Positions 27,207 through 37,870 of a stretch of 64,000 bases of DNA are shown here, piece after piece. The translations under genes were made by a program, and so were the position numbers. This DNA comes from Arenicellales bacterium (GTDB lineage Bacteria; Pseudomonadota; Gammaproteobacteria; Arenicellales; JAJDZL01), in assembly GCA_965243305.1 (NCBI GenBank), contig CBDEUN010000003.1, positions 768,465 to 832,464 of the forward strand, written 5' to 3'. Below the pieces are notes generated by a model. The model did not search any database. It worked only from the letters and a program-made list of their open reading frames with translations, and was not told where the DNA came from. Within the stretch, counting starts at the first letter, position 1, and the number at the start of each line of letters is the position of its first letter.

Positions 27207-29711
27207 TTGAAAACTGCTCTGCTTGCCTGGGTGCGCGAGGTTATCCGTGCGCCGTTACAATCGACTCTCTCCGTCATTGGTGTCGCGCTTGGTGTCACCG
27301 CAATCGTCGCAGTCAACATCACCAACCACAGCGCCCGCGAAAGTTTTCTTGCTGCCAGTAATGCATTGGCCGAGTCGGCGACACACAGCATCACAGGAGA
27401 GCCAAGCGATCAACTCTATCGCGAGTTGAGACTCAAAACAAACCATCCCATACAACCCGTTGTTCAGGGTCGAGTTCGACTCAGCGACATAAATAACACC
27501 TCGGCAACCGTCTATGGAATTGATCCGATTGCCTACTATCGGTTCAACAGTGGATCGAACACCACCCCTTCAAGTTCAGAAGACATCAACGAACTAATGG
27601 CTGAAACGTTCAGTACGTTCGCAACTGCGGATACACTGCATCAATTGGGTGTCAAACTCGGAGACAGCATCAAATTACGCTATGGACGCAAAAGCCATGA
27701 GCTTCGAATTACCGGACTGATCGAGACCAGCACACCTTTACAGCAACAGTCATTCAGACTGCTTTTTTTAACTGATATTGCAACTGCGCAAACCATACTT
27801 GGCATGCGAGGTCAACTCTCCTCAATTCAGTTGCGACTAACACCAGAAGATAAGGTGCTGCAGGTAATTGAAGATCTGCTGCCCCAAGGTACACATCTGG
27901 AGGGTCGACTCAATCGGCAGCGCGCTCTCACATCAATCACCGATGCGTTTCAGACCAATCTAACCGCGATGAGCCTGCTCGCACTACTGGTCGCAATATT
28001 TCTAATCTACAACACCATGTCGTTTCTTGTGATGAGGCGTAGACCGACCATTGAGATTCTTCGGGCATTGGGATTTTCGCGGTCTGGGATAACGGTTTGT
28101 CTGGTACTGGAGGCAGCTGCCATTGGTCTGGCTGCATCGATCATCGGAATTTTGATTGGCAGTCAACTCGCAAAGCTTCTGCTCGCTTTAGTTGAGCGCT
28201 CAATCAACAATCTGTACTTTCCGATTGTAGCTGACATTACGATTCTGACACCAACGGTCATATTCCTGGCGGTGTGCCTGGGAATCGGTTCAACTATTTT
28301 GGCAGCTCTGCCCGCTCTACATGAGGCGCAAAACCTGATGCCATCGTTTGGCACTGAATTTCGCCACCCACCGTCTTCTACCCGAAAACGGGTGTTTGTA
28401 TTTTTGATCTCATGCACTGGGTTTGTTGTTGCCGGGGTCTCGTTGATGCGACTGTACCCGACCAGCATTGCTTTAGGTTTTGTCAGCATTAACCTCATCG
28501 TACTTGGGTACTTTTGCCTGGTTCCACTACTATCTCAGGCTTTGGGACGAATTTTCCGGGTGGTCTCAAAACAATTCTTTGGCCTTCGTGGCGTACTGTC
28601 AAGTCGCGCACTGTCAATGTCTGGCGGAAGATCGTCAATCGCCATTTGCGCGCTGTGTGTTGCCATTTCGGCAACTGTTGGCGTTGGCGTTATGATCAGC
28701 AGTTTTCGTACTGCGGTAGACGACTGGCTTAGCGACCGCTTGCGTGCAGATATTTACGTCTCGACTCAAGGTTATGGTGGCCAGTTGAGCAAAATTGAAA
28801 TCAATCGTCTGAAATTGATTCCGGGAGTCGAGTCAGTCGGCGTTGCGAAGTGGGACTGGCTGCAGGGACCTGATGGCCGATCCCGTATCTTCGCAGTTGA
28901 CTACGGTGAACACGCATTTGGTGGATATCGGTTTAAGTCAAAAACGCCTGAGGTTTGGAATCGATTTCAGAGCGGAGGTGTCATCATCAGCGAACCTTAT
29001 GCCTGGAAGCATAAACTTTCGCTCGGTGATACAGTTGAGTTCTTTAGTGACAGTGGTGTCATTCAAATGCCAGTTGTCGGGGTGTTTTTCGGTTACGGTT
29101 CCGATCGCGGTGTTGTGGTTATCCATCGGGACGTCTATGTTTCGAAATTTAACGACTACGCGATCACCACTGCTGCTCTTTTCGGTTATCCGGATGCTAA
29201 TCTACAGACTCTGGAACATGAAGCTAATCAATCGATTTCCTCGGCCGGAGTGAGAGTTTGGACAGCGGGCGGCTTACACGGCGCAGCGATGGAGATATTT
29301 GATCAGACTTTTGCAATTACAGCAGTATTGAGAAGTCTTGCAGTCATTGTCGCGATCATTGCGGTTGTGTCAATTCTGGCTATGATTCAGATCGATCGCG
29401 GACGCGAACTTCGAATTCAAAATGCAATCGGGTTCACTTCCCGCGAAATTTGGGCCTCGGCAAGCATCGAAGCCGGAGTAATGGGGTTGATTGCCGGAGT
29501 GCTATCACTTCCGGTTGGTCTGCTGCTGTCATGGCTTTTGATTTGGGTTGTCAATCAGCGATCATACGGTTGGACGATGCAAATGCTGATTGATGGCAAA
29601 ATTCTTATCGAAGCAGTTTTGCTTGCGGTCATCGCAGCCCTGTTAGTTGGAGTTTTGCCGGCATGGTGGTTTGCAAACCGCACACCAAAGCAAAAGCTAC
29701 AGGTGGAATAG
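27207..29711 (+). CDS. FtsX-family ABC transporter permease (large, duplicated; YbbP-like)
   Basis: 834 aa with two FtsX-type 4-TM modules separated by periplasmic domains. Translationally coupled to the upstream ATPase. Confidence 0.7.
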   Translation: MKTALLAWVREVIRAPLQSTLSVIGVALGVTAIVAVNITNHSARESFLAASNALAESATHSITGEPSDQLYRELRLKTNHPIQPVVQGRVRLSDINNTSATVYGIDPIAYYRFNSGSNTTPSSSEDINELMAETFSTFATADTLHQLGVKLGDSIKLRYGRKSHELRITGLIETSTPLQQQSFRLLFLTDIATAQTILGMRGQLSSIQLRLTPEDKVLQVIEDLLPQGTHLEGRLNRQRALTSITDAFQTNLTAMSLLALLVAIFLIYNTMSFLVMRRRPTIEILRALGFSRSGITVCLVLEAAAIGLAASIIGILIGSQLAKLLLALVERSINNLYFPIVADITILTPTVIFLAVCLGIGSTILAALPALHEAQNLMPSFGTEFRHPPSSTRKRVFVFLISCTGFVVAGVSLMRLYPTSIALGFVSINLIVLGYFCLVPLLSQALGRIFRVVSKQFFGLRGVLSSRALSMSGGRSSIAICALCVAISATVGVGVMISSFRTAVDDWLSDRLRADIYVSTQGYGGQLSKIEINRLKLIPGVESVGVAKWDWLQGPDGRSRIFAVDYGEHAFGGYRFKSKTPEVWNRFQSGGVIISEPYAWKHKLSLGDTVEFFSDSGVIQMPVVGVFFGYGSDRGVVVIHRDVYVSKFNDYAITTAALFGYPDANLQTLEHEANQSISSAGVRVWTAGGLHGAAMEIFDQTFAITAVLRSLAVIVAIIAVVSILAMIQIDRGRELRIQNAIGFTSREIWASASIEAGVMGLIAGVLSLPVGLLLSWLLIWVVNQRSYGWTMQMLIDGKILIEAVLLAVIAALLVGVLPAWWFANRTPKQKLQVE

Positions 29712-29714
29712 TCC

Positions 29715-30881
29715 ATGGGAACGAAAACAAGACTCGGAATTGCTGCATTCATTGTGCTGTCAATCGGCTTTGCCGTCTGGCTGATGAATCGGTCTTCCAA
29801 TCTGGTAGTTCCCGGTACACAAATTCAGCAACCGGTGTTGGGAAATGTCCTGCTTGAAGGTTCTGACAATCAGTTTGAATCTGTCACAACGTCCAGACAG
29901 CTTGAGTTTCCACGAGATCACGGATCTCACCCCGATTTTCAAACAGAGTGGTGGTACTTCACTGGCAACCTCAAGAACAACGAGGGTAGACGGTTCGGCT
30001 ATCAGTTCACGATTTTTCGTCGTGCACTCTCTAGAGACTTACCAGAACTCGATTCTGACTGGGCAACTTCACAGGCTTACCTGGCGCATGCCGGTATAAC
30101 GGATGTGCAATCGAAGAGGTATTTGGTTGATGAGATCTACAGCCGTGGTGCGCTGAATTTGGCAGGCGTAAAAGCGGAACCTTTTTCAGTTTGGGTCGAA
30201 AACTGGAGGGCTGACGGCTCTGTGGGACAATGCACAGGCTGCTTGACACTTAGAATCAAAGTCGAGTCTGATGATTTTTCTTTTAGTCTTGAACTAGACA
30301 GCGTCAAACCCGCTGTGCTTCATGGAGAACGCGGTGTTAGCCGAAGAAGCACGATACCTGGAAACGCGTCTTACTACTATTCGCTGTCAAGACTTCGAAC
30401 CAGTGGCACGCTCACAATTCAGGGCGAGAACACACCGGTATCAGGCGATAGTTGGATGGACCATGAATGGTTCTCGTCAGTCCTTGACGAGGGACAGTCT
30501 GGCTGGGACTGGTTTTCGCTACAGTTTGATGACGAGCGCGAGATGATGCTGTTCCAGATTCGAAATCATGATCCTGACGTGGAACCGTTCAAATACGGTG
30601 TCATGATTGATCAGCGCGGTCAATCTGAACTGATACCACCTGACCAGATCACTCTGATTCCGGTGAGAGTGTGGAAAAGTAATCTCAATCTTTCTGAGTA
30701 TCCCGTACACTGGAAAATTGAAATTCCATCACACAATATACGACTCGACGTCGAGTCTCTGATTGATGCACAGGAAATGGACGATTCATTTCGTTATTGG
30801 GAAGGTGCGATAAGGGTGAGTGGGATGGAAAGTACCCGGCCAATAAACGGTTTGGGTTACCTAGAGATGACGGGATACTGA
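29715..30881 (+). CDS. AttH-like / CrtC-domain lipocalin-type secreted protein
   Basis: 388 aa. FPRDHGSHPDFQTEWWYFTGNL is the hallmark of the hydroxyneurosporene synthase (CrtC)/AttH family. The attEFGH-like context with the two preceding ABC genes supports the call. Confidence 0.6.
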   Translation: MGTKTRLGIAAFIVLSIGFAVWLMNRSSNLVVPGTQIQQPVLGNVLLEGSDNQFESVTTSRQLEFPRDHGSHPDFQTEWWYFTGNLKNNEGRRFGYQFTIFRRALSRDLPELDSDWATSQAYLAHAGITDVQSKRYLVDEIYSRGALNLAGVKAEPFSVWVENWRADGSVGQCTGCLTLRIKVESDDFSFSLELDSVKPAVLHGERGVSRRSTIPGNASYYYSLSRLRTSGTLTIQGENTPVSGDSWMDHEWFSSVLDEGQSGWDWFSLQFDDEREMMLFQIRNHDPDVEPFKYGVMIDQRGQSELIPPDQITLIPVRVWKSNLNLSEYPVHWKIEIPSHNIRLDVESLIDAQEMDDSFRYWEGAIRVSGMESTRPINGLGYLEMTGY

Positions 30882-30975
30882 GCATTACCCGTTCAACCTG
30901 TATCATATGCATTGCAATTCATTCAAAAGTATTTTTCTCGCATAGCGGCTTTCAGCGCCATCAATACAGACATTT

Positions 30976-31875
30976 ATGCACGATTTCACATACCGAAAAA
31001 AATTGCTTGAGCCCGCGCTGATTCGACAACTCAGCCAACGCTCAAACAAGGATGCGACTGTCCGTCTCATTATTCACATTGCACTGATTGGTATCGGGGC
31101 AACGATGGTTTGGCTTACAGAATTCAGCTGGTGGCTATTGCCCGCGTGGTTCTTCTACGGAACAGTACTTATGTTTTTGTTCTCACCTCTGCATGAGTGC
31201 ATTCATAGAACTGCTTTTCGAAACCGAACTGCAAATGATCTGGTGGCAAGAGTCATCGGATTTCTGATCATGTTGCCTGCGGATTACTTTCGTAGTTTTC
31301 ACTTTGCACATCACCGGTACACAAACGACTCGAAGCGTGATCCGGAACTCCTCACTCCCAAGCCCTCAAGCTTTCCACAGTACTTATGGGCGATGTGTGG
31401 ACTAGGTGCCTATTGGTGGGTACAGTTACGCACAATCGTCCGACACTCTCTAGGTAGAATTTCGGGAGATTTCATCGCTGAATCGAATCACAGAACGATC
31501 ATTCTTGAAGCGCGGTTGCATTTGGTCCTCTATCTTGCTGTAATTGGCGCCTCAATTCTGTTCGAGACGACAATATTCCTCTTTTACTGGCTCATACCAG
31601 CAATATTAGGTACAGTTAGCCTACGCCTATTCTTACACGCCGAACACGCCGGTTGCGAATTGTCGGACAACATGCTGCGCAATACCCGCACGACCCTGAC
31701 CAATCCAGCAATCAAACTGCTGAGCTGGAATATGCCCTTTCACTGCGAACACCACGCATTTCCGGCGGTTCCATTCCATCAACTTCCAGCGCTTCATCAG
31801 CACCTAAAAAGCCACTTGGCGGTTGTGTCAAACGGCTATTACCGATTTCACCGCGAATTCGTCGACTCGATCTGA
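30976..31875 (+). CDS. Membrane fatty-acid desaturase family protein
   Basis: 299 aa. Three His boxes: HECIH, HFAHHRY, HCEHHAF. Confidence 0.7.
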   Translation: MHDFTYRKKLLEPALIRQLSQRSNKDATVRLIIHIALIGIGATMVWLTEFSWWLLPAWFFYGTVLMFLFSPLHECIHRTAFRNRTANDLVARVIGFLIMLPADYFRSFHFAHHRYTNDSKRDPELLTPKPSSFPQYLWAMCGLGAYWWVQLRTIVRHSLGRISGDFIAESNHRTIILEARLHLVLYLAVIGASILFETTIFLFYWLIPAILGTVSLRLFLHAEHAGCELSDNMLRNTRTTLTNPAIKLLSWNMPFHCEHHAFPAVPFHQLPALHQHLKSHLAVVSNGYYRFHREFVDSI

Positions 31876-31880
31876 ATTGC

Positions 31881-33341
31881 TCAACTGAATTTGGCATCAT
31901 TCAAAAGCGCATCGATGTCCAATGCGTTTTCCAGATCCTCAGCCAAGTTGTCAAGTGCGATCTCTACGGTATCGCGATAGTGCAAATCTGACGCCGTTCC
32001 CTGCTGAAGCTGGTTCAACCAGGCTGCGCGAAATGCATCGCTCCAAAACAGGCCGTGAACATAGCACCCCACTACATTTCGTTCCATATTAATCGCACCA
32101 TCTTCGCCATTTGCGGTTCGAATGTATCTGCGATGTGTATCCTTACCAGCTGTATCTCCCATATGGATTTCATAACCAATGACAGGCTGACGGTTTGCTA
32201 GACACTCACCATTTAGAGAACGCACTGTTTTACTGGTCAGCATGTCAGTTTCAACTTCCAGCAGACCTAAACCTTCCGCTTCTTCCGGAGGGCCTTCGAC
32301 TCCGTGCAGATCACGAATTTTCCGACCCAGAATTTGATAGCCACCGCACAAACCGACAACCGCACCACCTGCTCTGGCGTGGGCGATGATGTCGTGATCC
32401 CATCCCTGCTCTTTCAGGAAACGCAGATCAGCCAGAGTGGACTTTGTTCCTGGAATGATAATGACATCTGAATCCCGCGGAATCGAGTTGCCTGGAGGCA
32501 CAAAATGGAGATCAACATTGCGCTCCAGGCGCAAGGGATCAAAGTCGTCGGAATTTGCAATTCGAGAGAGCATAGGTACCGAAATTTTCAGTACCCTGAC
32601 TCCAGAATTCGGCTCACTTTCTGATAGTTGAGATCTCACAACGGCATCTTCCTGAGGCAATTTTTGGGCGGATTTCAACCATGGAATCACGCCGCGACAA
32701 GGCCATGCCGTTCGAAATTCAATGTCCCGCCAGCCATCGTCAAAAAGGGAAACATCTCCTCTAAACTTGTTGATGATGAAACTTCTAACCAGAGACGAAT
32801 CTGCAGTCTCCAATACAGCCTTGGTACCCACTAGAGATGCAATGACCCCACCGCGTTCTATATCTGCCAATAAACAAACGGGTAAATTTGCGGCTCGGGC
32901 AAACCCCATGTTGGCAATGTCTCCTTCTCGTAGATTAGTTTCCGCTGGACTGCCTGCGCCTTCTACAAGAACCAGTTCAAATGTTTCAGTCAATTTTCGA
33001 AAACTCTCCATCACTGGAGTTAAAAACGACAATCGATGGGTAATGTAGTTTTTCGCCTCCAATTTAGAAACAACCTTGCCTTGTACCACAACCTGAGACA
33101 CCTTATCTGACTGCGGTTTAAGAAGCACTGGATTCAGGTCTACTGACATTTCAATTTCGGCCGCTTGAGCTTGAAGCGCCTGGGCACGCCCGATCTCGCC
33201 ACCCGTTGGACAAGCGGCGGCATTATTCGACATGTTCTGAGGTTTGAACGGTGCCACGCGAATCCCGCGTCGCTTCGCAGCCCGACACAAACCAGCAACG
33301 ACGACAGATTTTCCGACATCTGAGCCGGTTCCCTGAATCAT
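31881..33341 (-). CDS. cobQ: Cobyric acid synthase
   Basis: [42 protein letters not shown]... with a C-terminal glutamine amidotransferase domain (GLCGGYQILG). ATG 33341 is preferred over the 37-codon upstream extension in the track. Confidence 0.9.
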   Translation of the reverse strand: MIQGTGSDVGKSVVVAGLCRAAKRRGIRVAPFKPQNMSNNAAACPTGGEIGRAQALQAQAAEIEMSVDLNPVLLKPQSDKVSQVVVQGKVVSKLEAKNYITHRLSFLTPVMESFRKLTETFELVLVEGAGSPAETNLREGDIANMGFARAANLPVCLLADIERGGVIASLVGTKAVLETADSSLVRSFIINKFRGDVSLFDDGWRDIEFRTAWPCRGVIPWLKSAQKLPQEDAVVRSQLSESEPNSGVRVLKISVPMLSRIANSDDFDPLRLERNVDLHFVPPGNSIPRDSDVIIIPGTKSTLADLRFLKEQGWDHDIIAHARAGGAVVGLCGGYQILGRKIRDLHGVEGPPEEAEGLGLLEVETDMLTSKTVRSLNGECLANRQPVIGYEIHMGDTAGKDTHRRYIRTANGEDGAINMERNVVGCYVHGLFWSDAFRAAWLNQLQQGTASDLHYRDTVEIALDNLAEDLENALDIDALLNDAKFS

Positions 33342-33511
33342 TAATGAGGCAGCTTTCAAACCTAGGCGACTCCTATGAGAAACAGATTTAGAATTAATTT
33401 GGAATGTAGTGCAGGAAAAGTTTGCGTCATTATGGTTCAAGCGTGCGCACACTACTAACTACCCTCTATTTAAAACGGGGCTTAGTGGGTTGTTTCAGAA
33501 AACTCTGAGCA

Positions 33512-34429
33512 TCAACTTGATTGTCTGGCTAAGTCTATAAAATTACACATTTTTTCTGCCCCATCCAAAATTCTGACTGTGTGACGCTGCAGTATATCTG
33601 GGGGAATGAAATAGAGATGTCCATGCTGAACAGCTGAAATGGAAGGCCACTGCAGCCATTCATCAAGCCAGTCCGGTCTCTGTTCTCCGTGTCCACTCGC
33701 GATAATCACATCCGGGTCTCGTCGAATGACAGTCTCGACATTGATTCTTGGTGCCATCGGAATTGCATCAGAAAAAATATTTTCTCCGCCACATAAACGC
33801 ATAACGCTTGAAATTAAGTGTTTCCCATTAATTGTGATGAGCGGTTCATTCCATACCACGTAGAACACATGCATGGTCTTGGCGTCGCTATAACTGTGCT
33901 TCAATTCACGCAACCGTCTATTGAAGCGTTGAACTTCTAATTCAGTGCTGTCTTGTGTGCCAAGCAACTTACCAATTCGATCCAGAGCTGATGCGACATC
34001 TTCCAGTTCGCGAGGTTCGTCAACATAGACCGTGTAACCCAATGTCCGTAGACGATTAATCATCTCCAATCCATTGCCACCAGTTGCCAAAATTAAGTCT
34101 GGATTCAATCCGACGACCATTTCATAACTAATTTTTTTATAGCTGCCAATGTTCAGAATTTTCGATGCGGCTTCAGGGAAATTACTATAGTTCACCGTAG
34201 CAACGATTCTGTCGCCACCGTCTGCTGTAAAGACCTGCTCCGTCAAATGAGGTGCCAGTGTGATTATTCGTTGTGCTGGTTCCTCAAGAACAATCGTTTC
34301 ACCACTATCGTCCACAACGGAAATTGTGCTACCAACTGTCGGCGAAGCACAAAGTTGAACCGCGATGCCACAAACAATCGCGATTGTTCCTGAAAGTAAA
34401 TTTGCTCGGACTAATACTTGCATATTCAA
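33512..34429 (-). CDS. btuF: Cobalamin ABC transporter periplasmic binding protein
   Basis: 305 aa with a signal peptide. RIITLAPHLTEQVFTADGGDRIVA...DLILATGG...PDVIIASG is a Peripla_BP_2 pattern, and the gene sits in the B12 operon. Confidence 0.75.
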   Translation of the reverse strand: MNMQVLVRANLLSGTIAIVCGIAVQLCASPTVGSTISVVDDSGETIVLEEPAQRIITLAPHLTEQVFTADGGDRIVATVNYSNFPEAASKILNIGSYKKISYEMVVGLNPDLILATGGNGLEMINRLRTLGYTVYVDEPRELEDVASALDRIGKLLGTQDSTELEVQRFNRRLRELKHSYSDAKTMHVFYVVWNEPLITINGKHLISSVMRLCGGENIFSDAIPMAPRINVETVIRRDPDVIIASGHGEQRPDWLDEWLQWPSISAVQHGHLYFIPPDILQRHTVRILDGAEKMCNFIDLARQSS

Positions 34430-34485
34430 TTTCAGTAAGATGAGTTTAGATAGTGATAAGAAGTTTCAATCAATCATTTGTGAGG

Positions 34486-35436
34486 CTAAATCAAAATATC
34501 GACCCAATACCAGAGCGTGTAAACAATCGCCAGGACTAGCAGCCAAAATCCTATGGTTCGCCCCAACAGTCGAATTGATCGAACTATATCCCGAACTTCA
34601 ACTTCCCGCCCAGCCCCTAGAACCGGACGAACATCGAGTTTTCCGTGATAGATCGCAGGTCCACCAAGTTTTATTTCCAACGCTCCGCCTCCGGCTGCCA
34701 TAACCAGTCCAGCATTGGGTCCCTCGGATTCAGCCTTTTGGTTATTCATACACCACCAGGCACAGGCGAATTTTCCGCAAATCGCATATCCAATTGCAGT
34801 CAGACGAGCGGGAATCCAATTGAGAATGTCATCAATTCTTGCCGAAGCGCGGCCGAATTCGACGTATCGGTCAGTTTTATTGCCCCACATGGCGTCAAGG
34901 GTATTGGCAAGTCGAAACATCAGCGCGCCGGGTGCACCAAGTAACAAATACCAGAAAATTGGTGATAGCACACAATCGCTACCGTTTTCGATCACTGCCT
35001 CAACTGCACCCTTTGCGATTTCTCGTTCGTCGAGTTCGTCGGTCTTACGACTAACAATCTTGCTGACCGATACGCGTGCTTTGTCAATTTCTTTGGCGAC
35101 TAAATATTTATGTACCTCGTAGGCATGTTCCTGCATACTTTTCCAACCGATCGAGAAGTAAACAATTAGACACTCCAGAACCCACTGCGCTGGACTCGGT
35201 AACCAAATGAGCAACAGCCATATGGCTACCGTAGGTGGCAATACCAGAATTAGCCAACAACAAAAACCTCGGGCGAAGGGTGATATTCGTTCAAATTCAG
35301 GGTGTTCATTAATTTGTTCGATTCGGTCAGAGACTCCACCAAACCAAACCAAAGGATGATATCGTCTGGGCTCTCCTAAAACCCAGTCAAGTACAATCGC
35401 TGCAACAATAACGCCAAGTGTGATCAAGTTGTCCAC
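34486..35436 (-). CDS. cbiB: Adenosylcobinamide-phosphate synthase
   Basis: 316 aa, polytopic. LDWVLGEPRRYHPLVWFG...TLDAMWGNKTDRYVEFG...NAGLVMAAGGGALEIKLGGPAIYHG. Confidence 0.85.
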   Translation of the reverse strand: MDNLITLGVIVAAIVLDWVLGEPRRYHPLVWFGGVSDRIEQINEHPEFERISPFARGFCCWLILVLPPTVAIWLLLIWLPSPAQWVLECLIVYFSIGWKSMQEHAYEVHKYLVAKEIDKARVSVSKIVSRKTDELDEREIAKGAVEAVIENGSDCVLSPIFWYLLLGAPGALMFRLANTLDAMWGNKTDRYVEFGRASARIDDILNWIPARLTAIGYAICGKFACAWWCMNNQKAESEGPNAGLVMAAGGGALEIKLGGPAIYHGKLDVRPVLGAGREVEVRDIVRSIRLLGRTIGFWLLVLAIVYTLWYWVDILI

Positions 35437-36194
35437 ACATATGCTACAAAAGCAACCGCCAGCACCACCTCTGACAGTTCAATCAGCAACCCGATGCAAT
35501 CTCCAGTAAAGCCCTGCAGTCGCTTGATCATCACGAAACGCCACAGCAGGAATGTAGTCACTAAAACCACCAGCAGCAGAAGCCACAACTCGATTGAAAT
35601 CAGAACCAAAGGCAAAACCACGATGACAGCAATAATCACCTTGCATAGGCTTCTTTTCTGCTGCGAAAGGGCTTGCTGAATTTCACCGGCCAAACCAAAT
35701 TCCCTGGCATACGGCAACCACAAGAATGCCGGGATAATCATGAGTCTGGCCAATATCGGAATTAGCAGCAGCATGACCCAGTTTTGAAATGATGCCAGTG
35801 CCGCGAATTTCATAATCAGCGTCAAAGTGACAGCAATCACCGCGATAGTCCCACTTCGCGGGTCATCCATAATATTTAGAGTCTTTTCCCGGTCACCTAA
35901 TCCACCGACCCAAGCGTCCGCACAGTCTGCTAATCCATCCAAATGCAGTCCCCCAGTCACTACAACCCAGATGGTCAACAGCAGTGCTGCCTGCATAAAA
36001 TCATTCAATGGTGAAGAAAGCCACTCACCAAGAATCAGAATAACGCCAATGATGGCCCCTACTGCGGGATACCAAATCAACATGTCATTGCGCGCCGCAG
36101 GTGAGATGTCATCAACCGATCCTGCTGGTATGCAAGTCATGAATTGCATCGCAGCTCGAAACGATCGGAGATGATGAGATAGCTCAGAAAGCAT
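35424..36194 (-). CDS. cobS: Adenosylcobinamide-GDP ribazoletransferase (cobalamin synthase)
   Basis: ...FRAAMQFMTCIPAG...HLDGLADCADAW.... ATG 36194 (a TGATG overlap with the cobC stop) is preferred over the track start 36281. Confidence 0.85.
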   Translation of the reverse strand: MLSELSHHLRSFRAAMQFMTCIPAGSVDDISPAARNDMLIWYPAVGAIIGVILILGEWLSSPLNDFMQAALLLTIWVVVTGGLHLDGLADCADAWVGGLGDREKTLNIMDDPRSGTIAVIAVTLTLIMKFAALASFQNWVMLLLIPILARLMIIPAFLWLPYAREFGLAGEIQQALSQQKRSLCKVIIAVIVVLPLVLISIELWLLLLVVLVTTFLLWRFVMIKRLQGFTGDCIGLLIELSEVVLAVAFVAYVWTT

Positions 36195-36832
36195 CAGTCG
36201 GCAGAAGGTTCTGGAATATGGGCAAGCAACACCGGATAATTGTTTTCCTGCGTGTGATAAACGCGAATCCGTGTCAGGCATGCATAGGGAATTACAATTC
36301 GGATGGCAGCTGATAGCGGTGCTTTCAATATATGAGCCAAAAGCACGCGTGCGGTGCCACCATGCTGAACAACGAGTAGATGTTCACCTCGATATTGATC
36401 GAACAATTGTTTGAATGCGCTTACTACCCGTTCTTGAAATTCCAAAATCGGCTCCCCTGCCGGCGGCGTAAATTCTGTAGGCTGGTTGTAGTACAACTCC
36501 GACTCTTTCGGGTAATTGGCGCGTATTGACTCAATTTCCAATCCGTCCCAATCTCCAAAATCGACTTCACACCATCTGTCATCCAGATGTAAGGGGATAT
36601 TTCGCTGCGCAGCGATGCGTTCAGCGAATTCCCGACAGCGTTTTAATGGCGATGATATCACCCGGTTCCAGTGTGGTTGGTGACGGGCGACTTCATCCAT
36701 CTGATCCAGACCTTCAGGTAGCAAAGCGAAATCTGTAGAACCCCGTAAAGTATCACCCCCTTCGCAGACACCATGGCGAAGCAAGTCGATTGTTGTGTAG
36801 CCGATGGAATCAGATTGGTTTGTTGCTGACAC
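36194..36832 (-). CDS. cobC: Alpha-ribazole phosphatase (histidine phosphatase family)
   Basis: 212 aa. IDLLRHGVCEG (the RHG catalytic motif) ...VVQHGGTARVLLAHIL. Positioned between cobT and cobS. Confidence 0.75.
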   Translation of the reverse strand: MSATNQSDSIGYTTIDLLRHGVCEGGDTLRGSTDFALLPEGLDQMDEVARHQPHWNRVISSPLKRCREFAERIAAQRNIPLHLDDRWCEVDFGDWDGLEIESIRANYPKESELYYNQPTEFTPPAGEPILEFQERVVSAFKQLFDQYRGEHLLVVQHGGTARVLLAHILKAPLSAAIRIVIPYACLTRIRVYHTQENNYPVLLAHIPEPSAD

Positions 36833-37850
36833 TAGCCTGTTCGAAAGTTGCCATTTCAGCGTGAAGCCTTAATGCGGATTGTAATATTGGATAGACAACT
36901 GCGGCACCACTACCTTCACCGAGTCGCATTCCAATACTCAGCAGCGGTGTCACGTTCATCATTGACAACGCTTGTTTGTGACCTTGTTCATCTGAACAAT
37001 GAGCGAATAGCAGCCAGTCTCGTACACCTTCGTTGAGTCTGATCGCAACCAGAGCCGCTGCAGTAGAAATAAATCCATCAACCAGACTTGGAATACCACG
37101 CTGCGCACAGGTGATGTAAGCACCTGCTAATGCAGCAATTTCCAAACCACCAACACATCGCAACGTTTCCAAAGCACCACTGGCAATGTGTTCACGATGA
37201 AGATTCAAGGCTGCCTGAACAGTTTCAGCTTTTCGTTTCAATCCCGTGTCATCAATTCCAGTACCGCGACCTGTCATTTCCTGGACCGATGCACCGAGCA
37301 GTGCACAGAATATTGCCGTTGCGGATGTTGTATTGCCGATGCCCATTTCGCCGCCGATAAATAGATCTGATTCTTGTGGGCTGTTGTTGCGGCCTACGTC
37401 CAAAGCCCGAATGACTGTCTCCCCAGTCATTGCAGGTTGTTTGCAGAAATTGGCGGTACCATTTGTCAGTTGCACGTTCGCCACACCGGGCAGATCTTCC
37501 AATGGCATGACAGTCCCGACATTCACAACCGAGAATTCCGCATTGTGTATTTTTGAGAGAACGCAGATTGCGGCACCACCGGCAGCAAAATTTCGAACCA
37601 TCTCACCGGTAACGACTTGTGGATAAGCAGACACTCCTTCTTCTACCACGCCGTGGTCCGCGGCAAAGATTCGAACACATACACAATTCAGTTGAGGAAT
37701 TTCCTGACTCTGCCAGCCAGCAAACGCAATTGCCACGTTTTCTAATTCCCCGAGAGAACCCGGTGGTTTCGTCAGTTGCTGTTGACGCAAAGTTGCTTGT
37801 TCTCGACTCTCTAGGTCTATGGCTTGAGTTGGTTGAGTCCACCAGTTCAT
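36810..37850 (-). CDS. cobT: Nicotinate-nucleotide--dimethylbenzimidazole phosphoribosyltransferase
   Basis: 346 aa. LTKPPGSLGELENVAI...FAADHGV...GGEMGIGNTTSATAI...GLEIAALAGA. Confidence 0.9.
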   Translation of the reverse strand: MNWWTQPTQAIDLESREQATLRQQQLTKPPGSLGELENVAIAFAGWQSQEIPQLNCVCVRIFAADHGVVEEGVSAYPQVVTGEMVRNFAAGGAAICVLSKIHNAEFSVVNVGTVMPLEDLPGVANVQLTNGTANFCKQPAMTGETVIRALDVGRNNSPQESDLFIGGEMGIGNTTSATAIFCALLGASVQEMTGRGTGIDDTGLKRKAETVQAALNLHREHIASGALETLRCVGGLEIAALAGAYITCAQRGIPSLVDGFISTAAALVAIRLNEGVRDWLLFAHCSDEQGHKQALSMMNVTPLLSIGMRLGEGSGAAVVYPILQSALRLHAEMATFEQASVSNKPI

Positions 37851-37870
37851 TGGCTGTTAACACTCCCTGC